Below, piece by piece: positions 38,597-51,000 of a stretch of DNA of 64,000 nt. A program made the translations under genes and the position numbers. The DNA is from a virus. Position 1 is the stretch's first letter; every line of letters begins with the position of its first letter. The stretch spans positions 1-64,000 of IMG/VR virus record IMGVR_UViG_3300031251_000002, one strand, 5' to 3'. The notes beneath the pieces are model-generated. The model made no database searches. It saw nothing but the letters and a program-made list of their open reading frames with translations, and was not told the DNA's origin.

Positions 38597-41500
38597 ATGA
38601 AAAAGCTGCTCGGATTGATCGTGCTGGTTGCGACTATGGGGATAGCGTGTTCGGCTCGCCCTCAGCCCCAGCAAGCGAGCGATAAGCTGCCGCCCCTCCC
38701 CAAGCCACCCATCGCGCTGCCGGTTGGCGACGAGGCGGTTGTTACGCCTCCTGTCATTGCCGCAGCGACCGAAGCCCTTGAGACTCTTCCGCGCACAACT
38801 CCCCTTCCTATTTCTGGGCGCTCCTTTGCCAAGTTCTCGACTGCCTCTGCTCCGATTGGCAATACCTACCTCGCGGCTGTGAACGGATCGGGCAACCTTT
38901 GTACGATTGATGCCCCGTGTAGTCGAGCCTACGTTTTTGGTAGTGGTACTCAGATTCACGGGGATGACGTTGTGTATTTCCGTGGTGGTATCTACACCGG
39001 TCTCAACGTCCAACTGACCGCCTCGGGCACCCTTGGCCATCCAATCATCTTTCGTAACTATCAGGATGGCACCTATTTGGGTGAACGAGTAATCTTCCGT
39101 GGTGGTGCTGCCGTTCAGAACGATGTCATCCTCAACAACACTGGTAGCTACAACTGGGTCTGGGGGATTGAGTTCGACCAGTTGCCGACCAACACCGTTC
39201 CTGCTGGCTCAGGAGAAACGAAGTCAGGTCGCGTGTCTTGGTATCAGGGATCGTGGCCTAGCGATATTGCGCTTTCGGATGCAATCAACTCCCTGCCACA
39301 AAGCGGTGCGTACGCTGCCCGCGATGGCCAGAAGTACATCAACATCTACTGCCACGACGTTCGTCAGTGCATCTCTAGCTGGGTAGAGACGACGAATCAG
39401 GAAATCTCAGGCATGCTGGCGATCAATGTCGGCTGGGACGAAGAGCCGGATCCTCTGTGCGGAACTGGCGGCGTCCACCCGGCATGCTTCACGCCCGCTC
39501 GCGGACATGGCTTTCCGGAGTACGTTCAGAACCAGAAGAACTACAGCGGTAATCCGCCCGGAAGCGTGTCGCCCGCTACGCCTTCTACGAAGTACACGCT
39601 GGGCAGTATCGGCCTTGGCGGCTTCACGGGCTGCTTCAAGCTCTATGGCTCAGGCGATCAGAACGAAGAGCAGAACTGGGTCGCTCGACAGAACACGACG
39701 GCTGACTGTGGAGCGCTGTCCACCTATGGCTTGCAGGATAACCTGCTGTTCGGAGGTGGTGGGGCCAATGACACCTACACCGTTGATCAGAACTACGAGT
39801 ACAACTGCTGTACCTTCAATGCTGGTCCGGGTGGTGCATGGGGACCGAACGACAACGGCATCGGTACTTGCACCAATGTCAACATCACTAACAACTTCGT
39901 AGGTTCGCCCTCGACATTTGGTAGTATTGGTGGAACGTCCTGCCACACCCCGACTACGCTGACAGGTAACTCGTTCATGGGTAACACGGTCAACCTGAAC
40001 CGTTCCCTGTACCCGTCCAATACCTACTACTCCTCGACTCCCGCTCAGCAGTTTGTCTTTGTCCGTGCGGATCCGTATGAACCGGGTCGCTGCACGATCA
40101 CAGTCTTCAACTACACGCTGGCTTCGACCGCGCCTGTCGATCTCTCGCAGTGCGGAATGGGCGATGGAACTTCTTGGCAGATTCGTGATGCCTACCGCTT
40201 CCATGGCGATGACAACAACGACACTGGTAACGTTGTCTATGCGGCAGGGACGTACTCGGCAGCGTCTCCAATCCTGAACCTGTCCATGGCAACGGGCACC
40301 CCGGTTGCTCCTGCGAACTGGTCCACGAAACCGGCTGCTGAGACATGGCATGCGCTGACGACTCGCGGCCCGCGCTTTGGTGTCTTCATCCTGCTGCCCT
40401 CGCCTGTGCTTGGCAATAGCTGGTACGCAGCCCCTGCCAACGGTGGCGCTTGCAGCACGATGAACGGCTCTACGTCCGGTACGGGATTGATCAACTGCCC
40501 GTGGGAGCTTCAGACGGCTCTCAACCAGACCTCGATCCATCCGGGCGATACGCTTTGGCTGCGCGGTGGAACCTATTCAGGGACGTATGTCAGCAACCTG
40601 TTGGGCAATACGAGTCAGCCGATTATGGTCAAGCAGTACCCCGGTGAGACGGTGAAGCTCGACGGCGGCACTACGTATGATTTCGGTCTCAACATCTGTG
40701 GTGGCTACACTTGGTTCTGGGATTTTGAAGTCTTCTCGTCATCGACGGATCGGACTTCGGACAACGAGGGTCCGTGGCCGACTGGCCTGAACCGTAGCAA
40801 TGGCGTGACTGGCTCTTGCCCGCCGAATGACTCTCAGAGTGGCGCTATCAAGGGCATCAAGCTCATTCACATGAAGATCCATGACATGGCTGGTGGAGCA
40901 AGCCCGTTCTCTCTGTTCAGCGATTTTGAGATGTACGGGACGACGATTTACAACACCGGATGGGCTTCACCGACAAACATCGGTCACGCGCATAACGTTT
41001 ACATGCAGAATGTCTTTGGTTACAAGCTGATTCAGGACAACCTGTTCTTCGGCGGGTACGCGGAAGACATGCAGCTTTACGGAACTGGTGCGGCATCGCT
41101 CAATGGCGTAACGATTGACGCGAACATCTATGCGGACTCCAGCACCTACGTTGTTAATCAGGGGCGCGAGTTGACGGTTGGTGGAACGTCCGACCTGAAT
41201 AACCTGACGGTTTCCAACAACCTGTTCTACCGTGGACCGAACGGAGACGCGGGTACGTCAGACTGGTACATGGGCTACAACTCGGCATGTCCCGGCGCTT
41301 CTATCACTGGCAACTTCGTTGGAACGGTTACGCTGTGGGGCAGCAACTGCACTGCACCGGCTACCGTTTCTGGTAACACGTTCATGGGTACTTTCAGCGG
41401 CCACTCGCAGTGGGCTGGCAATACCTTCTTGAACAACGTCTACCCGACGAGCGGCTTCAACATCTTCCCGAAGCCATCGAAGTACGAGGCGAACCGTGGG

Positions 41501-42712
41501 TGGATGGTTGTCTACAACTGGGCGAACGCCTCATCGGTCAACCTTGACCTGTCTCCGATTCTCGCACCGGGTACACCGTACACGGTCAAGAACGCGCTTA
41601 ACCCGCCTCAGGCTCCGATTGCGACAGGCACATACACTGGCGGCACGGTTAACATCTTGACTGGACCGTTCCCGATTGCTCCTGCGATTGGTGGTATCCC
41701 GGTTGCTCCGGGAGCGCCGTTCTCGCTTGGCCCGACGTTCAACGTCTTTGAGATCATCCCGACTGGGGGAAGCAGCGGAACGCCGACCCCGACACCGACT
41801 TCAGCCTTTACTCCAACTCCGACGAGGACGCCGACCCCGGTTCCTCCAACGAATACGCCGTCTCCGACTCCAACGCCCACGGCTACTCGTACACCGACCG
41901 CGACTCCGACAAAGGTTCCTACAGCAACCCCGACACCGGGCGGGCCGTGGCACACGTTCCTGAATTCGCCTGTAGTGTCTGCGCCGATGAACATCTCTGG
42001 CGGCTTCGTGAACGCGCCTACGGCTGAGACGGGTACGGCGGTCTATACGTTCACTACGCCGTACACTTCCACGGTCACCTTCTGGGTCTATGCAAATGAT
42101 GCGCTTGACACCGCAGACAGCTTCTACGCCAAGGTGGACTCTGGTTCTGAGGACATCTGGGATGTGGCTGGTAACGGGCCTTGGGGCAACTTCTTCCGCT
42201 GGGATCAGTCCAACGGACGCAACGGCACTGGCGTTGCTTTGACGCTCAACCCGCGTACGTGGGTAATCTCTGGGGCTGGAACGCACACGCTGATTCTCCG
42301 TGCCCGTGAAGCGGGAACGCAGATCAGTGTCGGCATCTATGTCTCGGCTGACCCGTCCTTCTCGCCGCTTACTCCGACTGCGACACCGACGTTCACTCCG
42401 TCGAACACGCCGACCAAGACGGCCACGCCGACCGCTACTCCGACGAAGACTCCAACTCCGACGAGTACGCCTACCAACACGCCGACTCGGACTAACACCC
42501 CGACGAATACACCGACTCGGACCTACACGCCGACTAACACCCCGACGTTTACTCCGTCGAACACTCCGACTGCGACGAATACCTTTACTCCGTCGAACAC
42601 GCCTACGAACACGCCTACGCCTACTCGTACGGCTACGCCGGGGTCTGTCTGTGTAACCATGACGTTCACTAACACCCCGACGTTTACTCCGACCCCGACA
42701 CCGACTCCATGA
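38597..42712 (+). CDS. large predicted lipoprotein with two right-handed beta-helix (pectin-lyase-like) repeats and Pro/Thr linkers
   Basis: Lipobox-like MGIAC; duplicated GD..Y/WxRGGxY...I..(R/K)xY.GE module; (TP)n tracts at about 41780-41940 and 42370-42705. Confidence 0.82.
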   Translation: MKKLLGLIVLVATMGIACSARPQPQQASDKLPPLPKPPIALPVGDEAVVTPPVIAAATEALETLPRTTPLPISGRSFAKFSTASAPIGNTYLAAVNGSGNLCTIDAPCSRAYVFGSGTQIHGDDVVYFRGGIYTGLNVQLTASGTLGHPIIFRNYQDGTYLGERVIFRGGAAVQNDVILNNTGSYNWVWGIEFDQLPTNTVPAGSGETKSGRVSWYQGSWPSDIALSDAINSLPQSGAYAARDGQKYINIYCHDVRQCISSWVETTNQEISGMLAINVGWDEEPDPLCGTGGVHPACFTPARGHGFPEYVQNQKNYSGNPPGSVSPATPSTKYTLGSIGLGGFTGCFKLYGSGDQNEEQNWVARQNTTADCGALSTYGLQDNLLFGGGGANDTYTVDQNYEYNCCTFNAGPGGAWGPNDNGIGTCTNVNITNNFVGSPSTFGSIGGTSCHTPTTLTGNSFMGNTVNLNRSLYPSNTYYSSTPAQQFVFVRADPYEPGRCTITVFNYTLASTAPVDLSQCGMGDGTSWQIRDAYRFHGDDNNDTGNVVYAAGTYSAASPILNLSMATGTPVAPANWSTKPAAETWHALTTRGPRFGVFILLPSPVLGNSWYAAPANGGACSTMNGSTSGTGLINCPWELQTALNQTSIHPGDTLWLRGGTYSGTYVSNLLGNTSQPIMVKQYPGETVKLDGGTTYDFGLNICGGYTWFWDFEVFSSSTDRTSDNEGPWPTGLNRSNGVTGSCPPNDSQSGAIKGIKLIHMKIHDMAGGASPFSLFSDFEMYGTTIYNTGWASPTNIGHAHNVYMQNVFGYKLIQDNLFFGGYAEDMQLYGTGAASLNGVTIDANIYADSSTYVVNQGRELTVGGTSDLNNLTVSNNLFYRGPNGDAGTSDWYMGYNSACPGASITGNFVGTVTLWGSNCTAPATVSGNTFMGTFSGHSQWAGNTFLNNVYPTSGFNIFPKPSKYEANRGWMVVYNWANASSVNLDLSPILAPGTPYTVKNALNPPQAPIATGTYTGGTVNILTGPFPIAPAIGGIPVAPGAPFSLGPTFNVFEIIPTGGSSGTPTPTPTSAFTPTPTRTPTPVPPTNTPSPTPTPTATRTPTATPTKVPTATPTPGGPWHTFLNSPVVSAPMNISGGFVNAPTAETGTAVYTFTTPYTSTVTFWVYANDALDTADSFYAKVDSGSEDIWDVAGNGPWGNFFRWDQSNGRNGTGVALTLNPRTWVISGAGTHTLILRAREAGTQISVGIYVSADPSFSPLTPTATPTFTPSNTPTKTATPTATPTKTPTPTSTPTNTPTRTNTPTNTPTRTYTPTNTPTFTPSNTPTATNTFTPSNTPTNTPTPTRTATPGSVCVTMTFTNTPTFTPTPTPTP

Positions 42713-43452
42713 AGTTGAAGGGCTTAGGGTGGCTCCTGTGCGCGGCTCTTGCCGTGACAGGGCCGCTCTTTGCCCAGACTCCGACACCCACCAATCCGCC
42801 ACCTACGGTCTGCTGGACTTGGACGCCTACCCCGACCAATACCCCGACCCCAACGGCAACCCCGACTAGGACTCCGACACCGACTCCCACGCCGCTTACC
42901 GGCCCGGAAACGGGCTTTGACATGGGGAACGTGGGGGTTGGCGGCTTTGACTCCTTCAACGGCCATGTCTGGTCCGTTTCAGGCGGTGGGGCGGATATTG
43001 GGGGAACAGCCGATGCGGGACGTATCCTGCCCATCACCATCGCCTCACAGGGGTACGTAATTGCTCACATTGCCTCTCAGACGCCATTTGAGGCCGGGGC
43101 CAAGGCTGGAATCATGGTTCGTGACTCCTTGGATCCTAGCGCCCCCAGCGTCTTTATCGGCTACAGCATCGGGACTGGGATCATCAGCATTCACCGGACG
43201 ACTCAAGGCGGTCCAACCACGACTGACTACAGCGCTTCTGGACCGACGACAACATGGCTGCTCATCTCCCGAGCGGGGACGCGCTTCCAGACTTGGAGAT
43301 CGGCTGATCGGCAGTCGTGGGTTCTGGTCAGCACGGTAACCATCAGCATGTCCAACTCGGCTCAGGCGGGGGTCATCGTTTCCTCGCATGATCTCGCCCA
43401 GCTTTCCACCGTCATCTTCGATACCTTCAAGGTAGTTTCTACCATCCCCTAA
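42709..43452 (+). CDS. secreted protein with a Pro/Thr linker and a ConA-like (DUF1349-like) domain
   Basis: Signal peptide; GGGADIGGTAD...AKAGIMVRDSLD...W.....RAG..F...S.D...W. Confidence 0.78.
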   Translation: MKLKGLGWLLCAALAVTGPLFAQTPTPTNPPPTVCWTWTPTPTNTPTPTATPTRTPTPTPTPLTGPETGFDMGNVGVGGFDSFNGHVWSVSGGGADIGGTADAGRILPITIASQGYVIAHIASQTPFEAGAKAGIMVRDSLDPSAPSVFIGYSIGTGIISIHRTTQGGPTTTDYSASGPTTTWLLISRAGTRFQTWRSADRQSWVLVSTVTISMSNSAQAGVIVSSHDLAQLSTVIFDTFKVVSTIP

Positions 43453-43476
43453 AATTTGTGGTAACATCGTTCCGCT

Positions 43477-43761
43477 ATGAAAATATGGCTGGATGATCTG
43501 CGACCGGCCCCCAAGGGGTGGCTGTGGTGCAAGTCCGTTACCGAGGCACAGATTGCTCTGCGTAGCGGGGCAGTCGAGAACTTGTCTCTGGATCACGACT
43601 TGGGTAACCAAGACGATGGGGACGGGATCAAGCTCGTTCTCTGGCTCTGCGAGGCGGAGAAGTTCTGGCCTCGTTCCCGCCCGACCGTTCACAGCCGCAA
43701 TCCCGTAGGCCGCGAGAACATGCTTGCTTTGATCCAGAGGTACGGGCCGTATGAAGAGTAA
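43477..43761 (+). CDS. cyclic-phosphate-processing receiver (cREC) domain protein
   Basis: KIWLDDLRPAP..W...SLDHDLG...VHSRNPVG. Confidence 0.82.
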   Translation: MKIWLDDLRPAPKGWLWCKSVTEAQIALRSGAVENLSLDHDLGNQDDGDGIKLVLWLCEAEKFWPRSRPTVHSRNPVGRENMLALIQRYGPYEE

Positions 43762-44405
43762 GAGGGTGTCCCCTAAGCCGAGGGAGTGGTGGGCGTACGA
43801 CAGCGGGCTTACGGATTCGGGACAAGTCTTGATGGGGTTCGCTATCCGAAACAGTCCGTGGAACGGAGATGTGCCGCGCATCCGCGTCCGCGAAGTCCTC
43901 CCCCGGAAGAAGGGGAAAAAGAAGTGATGTTCTGGAAGAGCAAGAAATCACCCCTACGGCTATACCCGTTCATCAAGGACCACCTCTGTCCTAAGTGCAA
44001 TCGGAACCTCCTAACGGGTGGGATTCATCGAACGTTCGATGATCAGGAATACCTGTGGCGTCTATGTTACGGGTGTGATGCGCGGATCTCTACAGAGGTC
44101 TGTCGTCCCGTACCGGAGGTTAAAGATGCGTAAGCTGTCCGAGGTGGAGCGCAGGATCCTTCGCCGGATGCGGGCGCACCTGAAGAGTCTGGAGCGCTTT
44201 CCCCGCGATGGTGATTGGCAGAAGGGCTGGCGTACTGGGTTTACGGCAGCTATGAGTATGGTCGAGTTCGGAACTGCTGGGGCAACGGTTGTAGAAAGGA
44301 GAAAGTCCGTCGCTAAAGGACGAAGGATTTTCAAGCAGGTAATGCGGAGCATCATGAAAAGGGAAAAGGAAAAGGCTGAAAAGGAACGTAACGAAAGGCG
44401 TAACG

Positions 44406-44606
44406 ATGTACAAGAGCAGGGAGCTTCAACGTAGGCTAACAATGGCCGGATTCACTCTCGATCCCCGGTCGAAGCACATAAAGGTGTTTCAGGGTAATCT
44501 GTTGGTAACGATTCTCACCAAGAATGACTCGCCGGATCCCCACGCGGTCAAGAATACGATCTCATTGATACGCCGGAAGACCGGCATTGACATCAGGAAG
44601 TTTTGA
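44406..44606 (+). CDS. HicA-like dsRBD-fold protein
   Basis: RELQRRL..AGF....SKHIKV....VTI.....DPHAVKN. Confidence 0.55.
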   Translation: MYKSRELQRRLTMAGFTLDPRSKHIKVFQGNLLVTILTKNDSPDPHAVKNTISLIRRKTGIDIRKF

Positions 44607-45319
44607 TGGACACGGTGCGAGACAAGGATCTCAACGAAGAGGTCACGTTGGAGGATTGGTTTGCCGCCCAGCCAGCCAAGCAGCGGTGGCGGTGGGATCT
44701 GACGACTCCGTACGCGGCCTCGATGGAAGCGTGGGACGCGATCAAGGACTGGCAGAAAAAGCAATATCCGATTCGCCATTTTTTTCAGTCCAAGGCTCGT
44801 ATTTTCTTTTTCAGAAAATATCGGCAGTGGATCAAAGATCCGTGGTACTACTTCACCTGCATGGTCTGGAAGCGCTACAACCGCATTCACGTTAAATCTC
44901 TCCCGCCAACTTGGGTAGATCCATGCACCCTCCTTCCTCATGCAGTCTTCACCATTCTCGCTGATCACATCGAGCAGGGCGAAGGTGGACGCGAGAAGTT
45001 CGCCGCGTACACGAAGGATGTTGAGAAGTGGCTGGAGACTGCCAGCGCTAACCCCCAGTTCCCCGGTGAGGTTGCTTCATTGACCAAGCAGCTTTACGCC
45101 ATGACGACTCAGCTTGAGGTCTACGATTACTGGCAGGACCGGAAGCGCTACTTTGAAGCGGAAGATTACAACACGATCAAGGGCAAGGCTGACTTTGCCA
45201 CAAAGGGGGAGTACGACAAATACTTGCGCTGGTACTGGAAGGAAGAGAAGCGGCTTAACAAGCTTGAGGAAGACATGCTGATTAAGCTGATCAAGGTAAG
45301 ACGAAGCCTATGGACTTAG
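44603..45319 (+). CDS. conserved phage helical protein
   Basis: W.D....LPHAVFTIL...EEDMLIKLIKVRRSLWT. Confidence 0.72.
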   Translation: MMDTVRDKDLNEEVTLEDWFAAQPAKQRWRWDLTTPYAASMEAWDAIKDWQKKQYPIRHFFQSKARIFFFRKYRQWIKDPWYYFTCMVWKRYNRIHVKSLPPTWVDPCTLLPHAVFTILADHIEQGEGGREKFAAYTKDVEKWLETASANPQFPGEVASLTKQLYAMTTQLEVYDYWQDRKRYFEAEDYNTIKGKADFATKGEYDKYLRWYWKEEKRLNKLEEDMLIKLIKVRRSLWT

Positions 45320-45749
45320 GGGGGCTATGTTCACGATTCGCTTTTACACCAAGGACGGCAAGGCCGTTTACATGCAGTGTGATTCATCTGGTTTTGTTGA
45401 GACCCTCCAAGGAGAACCCGCCTTCACAGTTTGCGTTGAGATTACCGGAGGTGAATTCCTCCGTTTGAATCGTTTCAAGAAGAAGCCTCCCATTACCGGT
45501 CGGAGAGGCGTCATGGGGCGACGGACAAAGGCAAAGGCTACCGGCCAGATTGGATGCTGATATGAGTGAGATTGTTACTTGCCCCCAGTGTGGCAAGGAG
45601 TGGGAAAAGAAGTTCGGCCAGTCAAGCTACTACGATGATCGCATGACCAAGAGCTATTGCGCCGAGTGCCGCGAGGAGTACAACGCTGAATGCGAGCGTC
45701 TGGCTGAGGAGCGCGAGGTCGAGCGCGAGCAGTGGCGCAGGGAGAGGGA

Positions 45750-46043
45750 ATGAAGCCTGTTGCCAAGATGACGCTGCCTGAACTGGCTGAGATCATTGCA
45801 AAGAAGCACAGACTGTCTGATGGTGAGGCAAAGGCTATTCTCCAATCTACGTTTGGTGTGATAGTCAGAAACGTGAAACGTGGCCGAAGGGTTCAAGTCC
45901 CGAAGGTTGGGTTGTTTTACCTGCACCATCATCGTCGTTCTGTAAGAACTGGTAACCTGCCGGGACACGCTGGGAAGTCGTTTGTGGTTCCGGGACACCC
46001 GCACATCAAGTTCCGTATGAGTGACTGGCTGAGGGGGAAGTGA
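45750..46043 (+). CDS. second HU/IHF family protein
   Basis: GRRVQVPKVGLF...R...G....VPG...IKFR.S. Confidence 0.8.
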   Translation: MKPVAKMTLPELAEIIAKKHRLSDGEAKAILQSTFGVIVRNVKRGRRVQVPKVGLFYLHHHRRSVRTGNLPGHAGKSFVVPGHPHIKFRMSDWLRGK

Positions 46044-46242
46044 TGTTCGGCTATCAGGGCATCCTTCACGAACCCGTTACTACCAAGCATTGCGCCACCT
46101 GCAATGGGCCATTGATCCAGAAGTGGATCTTCACCGAGACCGGGAATTCGTTCAGGTCGAGCAGCGTCTACCAGCACAAGTTGAGAGACTGCGTGATAGA
46201 GCTTGCTGAGCAGGTGGCGAAGCTGGAAGCGAAAGGGAAGAA

Positions 46243-46515
46243 GTGATGGATATCGAAGGCGGGATTCTTTTGTTCATCGCTGTCATCATCGCCCTCATTG
46301 TCTGGCGCATTGTGGTTATGGTCCGCAAGACGGGGCGGATGGAAGCTGCGTGTCCCTTCCAGCCGGGAACGACGGTGCGTCACAAGTCTGGTGGCTTCAG
46401 CCCGAACATGACGGTGTATCTTCTTCAGGGTTCCTTGGTATGGTGTCGCTGGTATGCTGATGGATTCTCTGCGAATCACTTCTATGCGGAGGAGTTGAAG
46501 AAGGTTGATGATTGA
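46243..46515 (+). CDS. membrane-anchored YodC/DUF2158-like protein
   Basis: FQPGTTVRHKSGG..PNMTV...VWCRWY...F..EEL. Confidence 0.7.
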   Translation: MMDIEGGILLFIAVIIALIVWRIVVMVRKTGRMEAACPFQPGTTVRHKSGGFSPNMTVYLLQGSLVWCRWYADGFSANHFYAEELKKVDD

Positions 46516-46540
46516 CGTAACATGTTACTTGTGCTATACT
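46512..46540 (+). promoter_or_regulatory. sigma70-like promoter with a palindromic operator
   Basis: TTGACG-17 nt-TATACT with a TG extension; perfect palindrome GTAACATGTTAC at 46517-46528. Confidence 0.7.
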
Positions 46541-47481
46541 TCGTACTGGAGGTGACATGAAGTCACGCATTGAGACAAGGCTCCGGTATCAGAAGTGGCC
46601 TCTCGTAGTCGAGATCAGCGAAGGAGGAGTCCGGGTGCTTCAGAAGGGTCGGAAGAATCAGAACCACCCGGAGCAGTTCATGTCATGGGACATGATCGCC
46701 AAGCGCGTCTTCCCCGGCGCGGTGGAGGGCCGGGATGCCTAAGAGAAAGAAGCCTCTGACGGAGGCCCAGATCATCGCGGCTCTCAAGGCCCGCGAGCAG
46801 GACTGGGAGCAAGAGGCGGTGATCGAAGCGGCGATGAAGAGCATTGGATTGACGATGGTGGACGACGAGGACGCTGATCTGATTCGGAGGATTGCCCGTC
46901 CCGGCCTCGATGGTTTCATGGCATTGGTAACCTTAGCAAAACCGCCGGAAAAGTAGGAGATTTCAATGCCCAACCAGTCCGTGCTGGATTCTTTCTGTGA
47001 GGAGCTTGAGTCCCTTATTGACGAGCATAGGGTTGGTGAGGCGTTACCGGTTCCAGCTACAAAGACTCGCTTCCACACCGAGTGGGTCAAGTGCGCTGGT
47101 TGTACCAAGACCTATACCTTGATGTTGAACGTCGAAGACGCCGACTTCGTACCCGAGGGCGGTGGGGCAATCGTTTTGTTGTGCGTACATTGCAGGGATG
47201 GATATGGCCGGGGCTAAAAAAGAACTGCGGGTAATCTTCCAGTACCTGAAAGAAGATGGCATGGCGGAAGCTGTGGGCGATCTTGTTAGCCTTGTCCGGA
47301 CACAGGGGCTGGAGTCCTTTGACATCGTAGAGATCAGCGTGGATCGTCTCAATTCGTTTTCCGTTCCGGATTCCAACGTGGCGTTTGAGAAGCTGTTCGC
47401 TGGCGCGACCAACGAGTGCTTCGGTTGCCACCGGGAGATCGGGCGGTCGCATGCCGACGGGTGTCCGGTGGTGGGGAAGAG

Positions 47482-47919
47482 TTGAAGTTCCTGACCAAGT
47501 TCTTCTACGGCAGTCTGGACGGCCTACACCATAGCCGCTGTGATCAGTGTAACGAGAAGGGCGGCTTGTGGCGTGGGCGCGTTGGCGCTCCTGAGCTACG
47601 TGGCAAGCGCTTCCATGACTGGCGTCCTGAGCAAGAGCATGCCTGTACGTGGGACGGCGAAGACCCCAAGGATCCTGTCGAGCATGTCGTTGTCATTCAC
47701 CCAGAGCTACTCCGTCACAAGACTCTCATGGCAGATTGCGTCATCCACGAATGGTTCCATGTGATCGACCATACCGAGCGCTGCCGGGACACGCCGGGGT
47801 GGTATCTGCCCCATTCGGTAATCACCCGGCTAGCCACGGCCTTCGCCAAGTTCCTAGCTGAAAACAACCTAGAGATAGTCCAACACAAGATCGTGAAAGC
47901 GGAGCCAGAAGATGTGTAG
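47482..47919 (+). CDS. HExxH zincin-like protein
   Basis: CVIHEWFHVI. Confidence 0.55.
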   Translation: MKFLTKFFYGSLDGLHHSRCDQCNEKGGLWRGRVGAPELRGKRFHDWRPEQEHACTWDGEDPKDPVEHVVVIHPELLRHKTLMADCVIHEWFHVIDHTERCRDTPGWYLPHSVITRLATAFAKFLAENNLEIVQHKIVKAEPEDV

Positions 47920-48997
47920 CCAGTTTTGGACTATCGAGTTCACCGTACCCTGCCCGGTCTGTCACCAGACGCAGATTTTCCAAGCCCAGACTCATGCCTT
48001 CGGGGAGATTGGAAGCTGTACCAACTACTACAAGACGGGCGATCTCGTAGAAGAGCTTGTGGGTAACCCAGAAGACGTTTTGCAGATAGACGACTTTGTG
48101 GTAACCTGCAAGGCTTGCAACACATGGTTGATGGCCGGTGCCGTCTTTGAGAACGGTCGGTTCATGGGGATCTACGAGTTCGGGATAGACAAGGGGATTG
48201 GTGATGCCGACAAGTGGGATGAGGGTTCTGACGATGGGGAGTGAGTTCACCCCGCCGGGATACGTGCGGAAGCTGTTCTGCCTCCCTTGCGCGGCTGGTG
48301 AGCATGATCTGAAGTACCACGGTGAGCTTGGTTGCTTGCGGGTAACCGATGCGATTCCGATGGACTGGCCCTGCAAGTGCGAGGAACGAAACTACGCCCG
48401 CAAGACGCAGAGGAGGATCATATGAACGAGGATCTCCCGCCCCCGGAAGGACGCGACGAATCTGATATCGAGTTCAGCGAAGGCGATATCATTGATGCGT
48501 ACGAAGCCTCCGCGCTGAAGGCCGTCCAGAAGGCAGCGTTCCTTCTTGGCCTCCTGCGGCGTATCTCTACGATCCTTGAGCCGACTGCCCAGTTGGCCAT
48601 GAACGCGGCTGCTCACGCTCCCGGCTGCTTGGCTGTTCCGGAGGATGGCGATGTGGTCGCTCCTGACAAGTGCATCTGCACCCTGCGCCCCATCCTTCAG
48701 GCATACCGTGAGTCTACTCAAGTCAGTCAGAGTCCCACAGCGACGAACGTTTTGATGTCAGAAGAGTGAAGACTTTTCTCAAGGTCTGGCTGGGCGTCAT
48801 CGGGATCTGCTTGATTTTCCTTGGTGGCCTTGCCCTGCTGAACGTGATCTTCATCTTCTTTCATCGTTGGGGCGAGAAAGGCGATACGGTCTTCCTCTTC
48901 CTATGCGGGACGGCCTTTGTCGCATGGGTGGTTAGTTCGTTTATTGATTGAGAGGGGGCGATAAGTCGAACAGAAATGTGGAGCGGTGTAACAGTAA

Positions 48998-50215
<1,218 letters not shown>

Positions 50216-50260
50216 GCGTAAACTCGCGTTGCTTTTCCCGTAAGTGGGTCGAATTTTTTA

Positions 50261-50297
50261 GGGGTGGCCTACCTCCGTGGGTCACCCCACTTTTTTT
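50261..50297 (+). terminator. intrinsic terminator
   Basis: GGGGTGGCCTAC/GTGGGTCACCCC followed by T7. Confidence 0.75.
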
Positions 50298-50556
50298 GGG
50301 GTGCGTTAATGAAAGTCATTGATGTCAACGGCTGCGATTGCGTCGAGCATCTCCGGATGCGGGCTATCGAGACTCAGGGCATTCTGATTGGGATGCACTA
50401 CGCGCTGAGCCTGACGAAAGACGAGTCCCGGTATGCGTATCTGAATGATGATGTCATTAACGAGATCCGCGCTTCACTGGAGACGGAGCATTCCGAGCCG
50501 CCTGTCCGTCTGAAACTTGTTGACTCCCCCGAGGCTCAGAAGGACAATAAACTCAA

Positions 50557-51000
50557 ATGAATCGCCCTCGCGTTTATCTCGCAGGACCGATAGACGGCTA
50601 TGCGTTGACTGAGGTTTCGGCGTGGCGGGATTATGCCCGCCATCAGTTCGATCAGGCTGAGATCGACGCTTACTCGCCGGTTCGCTTTGAGGATCCCAAG
50701 ACGACGCCCGCCTTTGTGGTCAAGGCATTCACCGCACCGGCTGGAATCGTGGCCAAGGATCGGCATTACCTCTCGACCTGCGATCTCGTCCTGATGAATC
50801 TCAAGGGTGCGAAACATGTTAGCAAAGGCAGCATGATTGAGGTAGGATGGGCCGATGCGTGGCGTAAGCCCCTTGTGACCGTGATAGACGAGGGCAACGT
50901 CCACCTACCCAATCCGATGTTGGAGAAGATGATCGAGGAGTTCCGGGTCAGCGATCTGGACGAGGGCATCGAGATTGCGATCAGGCTACTCCTGCCGTGA
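50557..51000 (+). CDS. nucleoside 2-deoxyribosyltransferase-like protein
   Basis: VYLAGPI...D...CDLVL...S.GS.IEVGWA...KP. Confidence 0.85.
   Translation: MNRPRVYLAGPIDGYALTEVSAWRDYARHQFDQAEIDAYSPVRFEDPKTTPAFVVKAFTAPAGIVAKDRHYLSTCDLVLMNLKGAKHVSKGSMIEVGWADAWRKPLVTVIDEGNVHLPNPMLEKMIEEFRVSDLDEGIEIAIRLLLP

Noticed and set aside
41780-42900. Repetitive ACNCCG tracts as a possible CRISPR array or DNA repeat element
   Set aside because: They are degenerate codons for Thr-Pro linkers, with no constant repeat and unique spacers.
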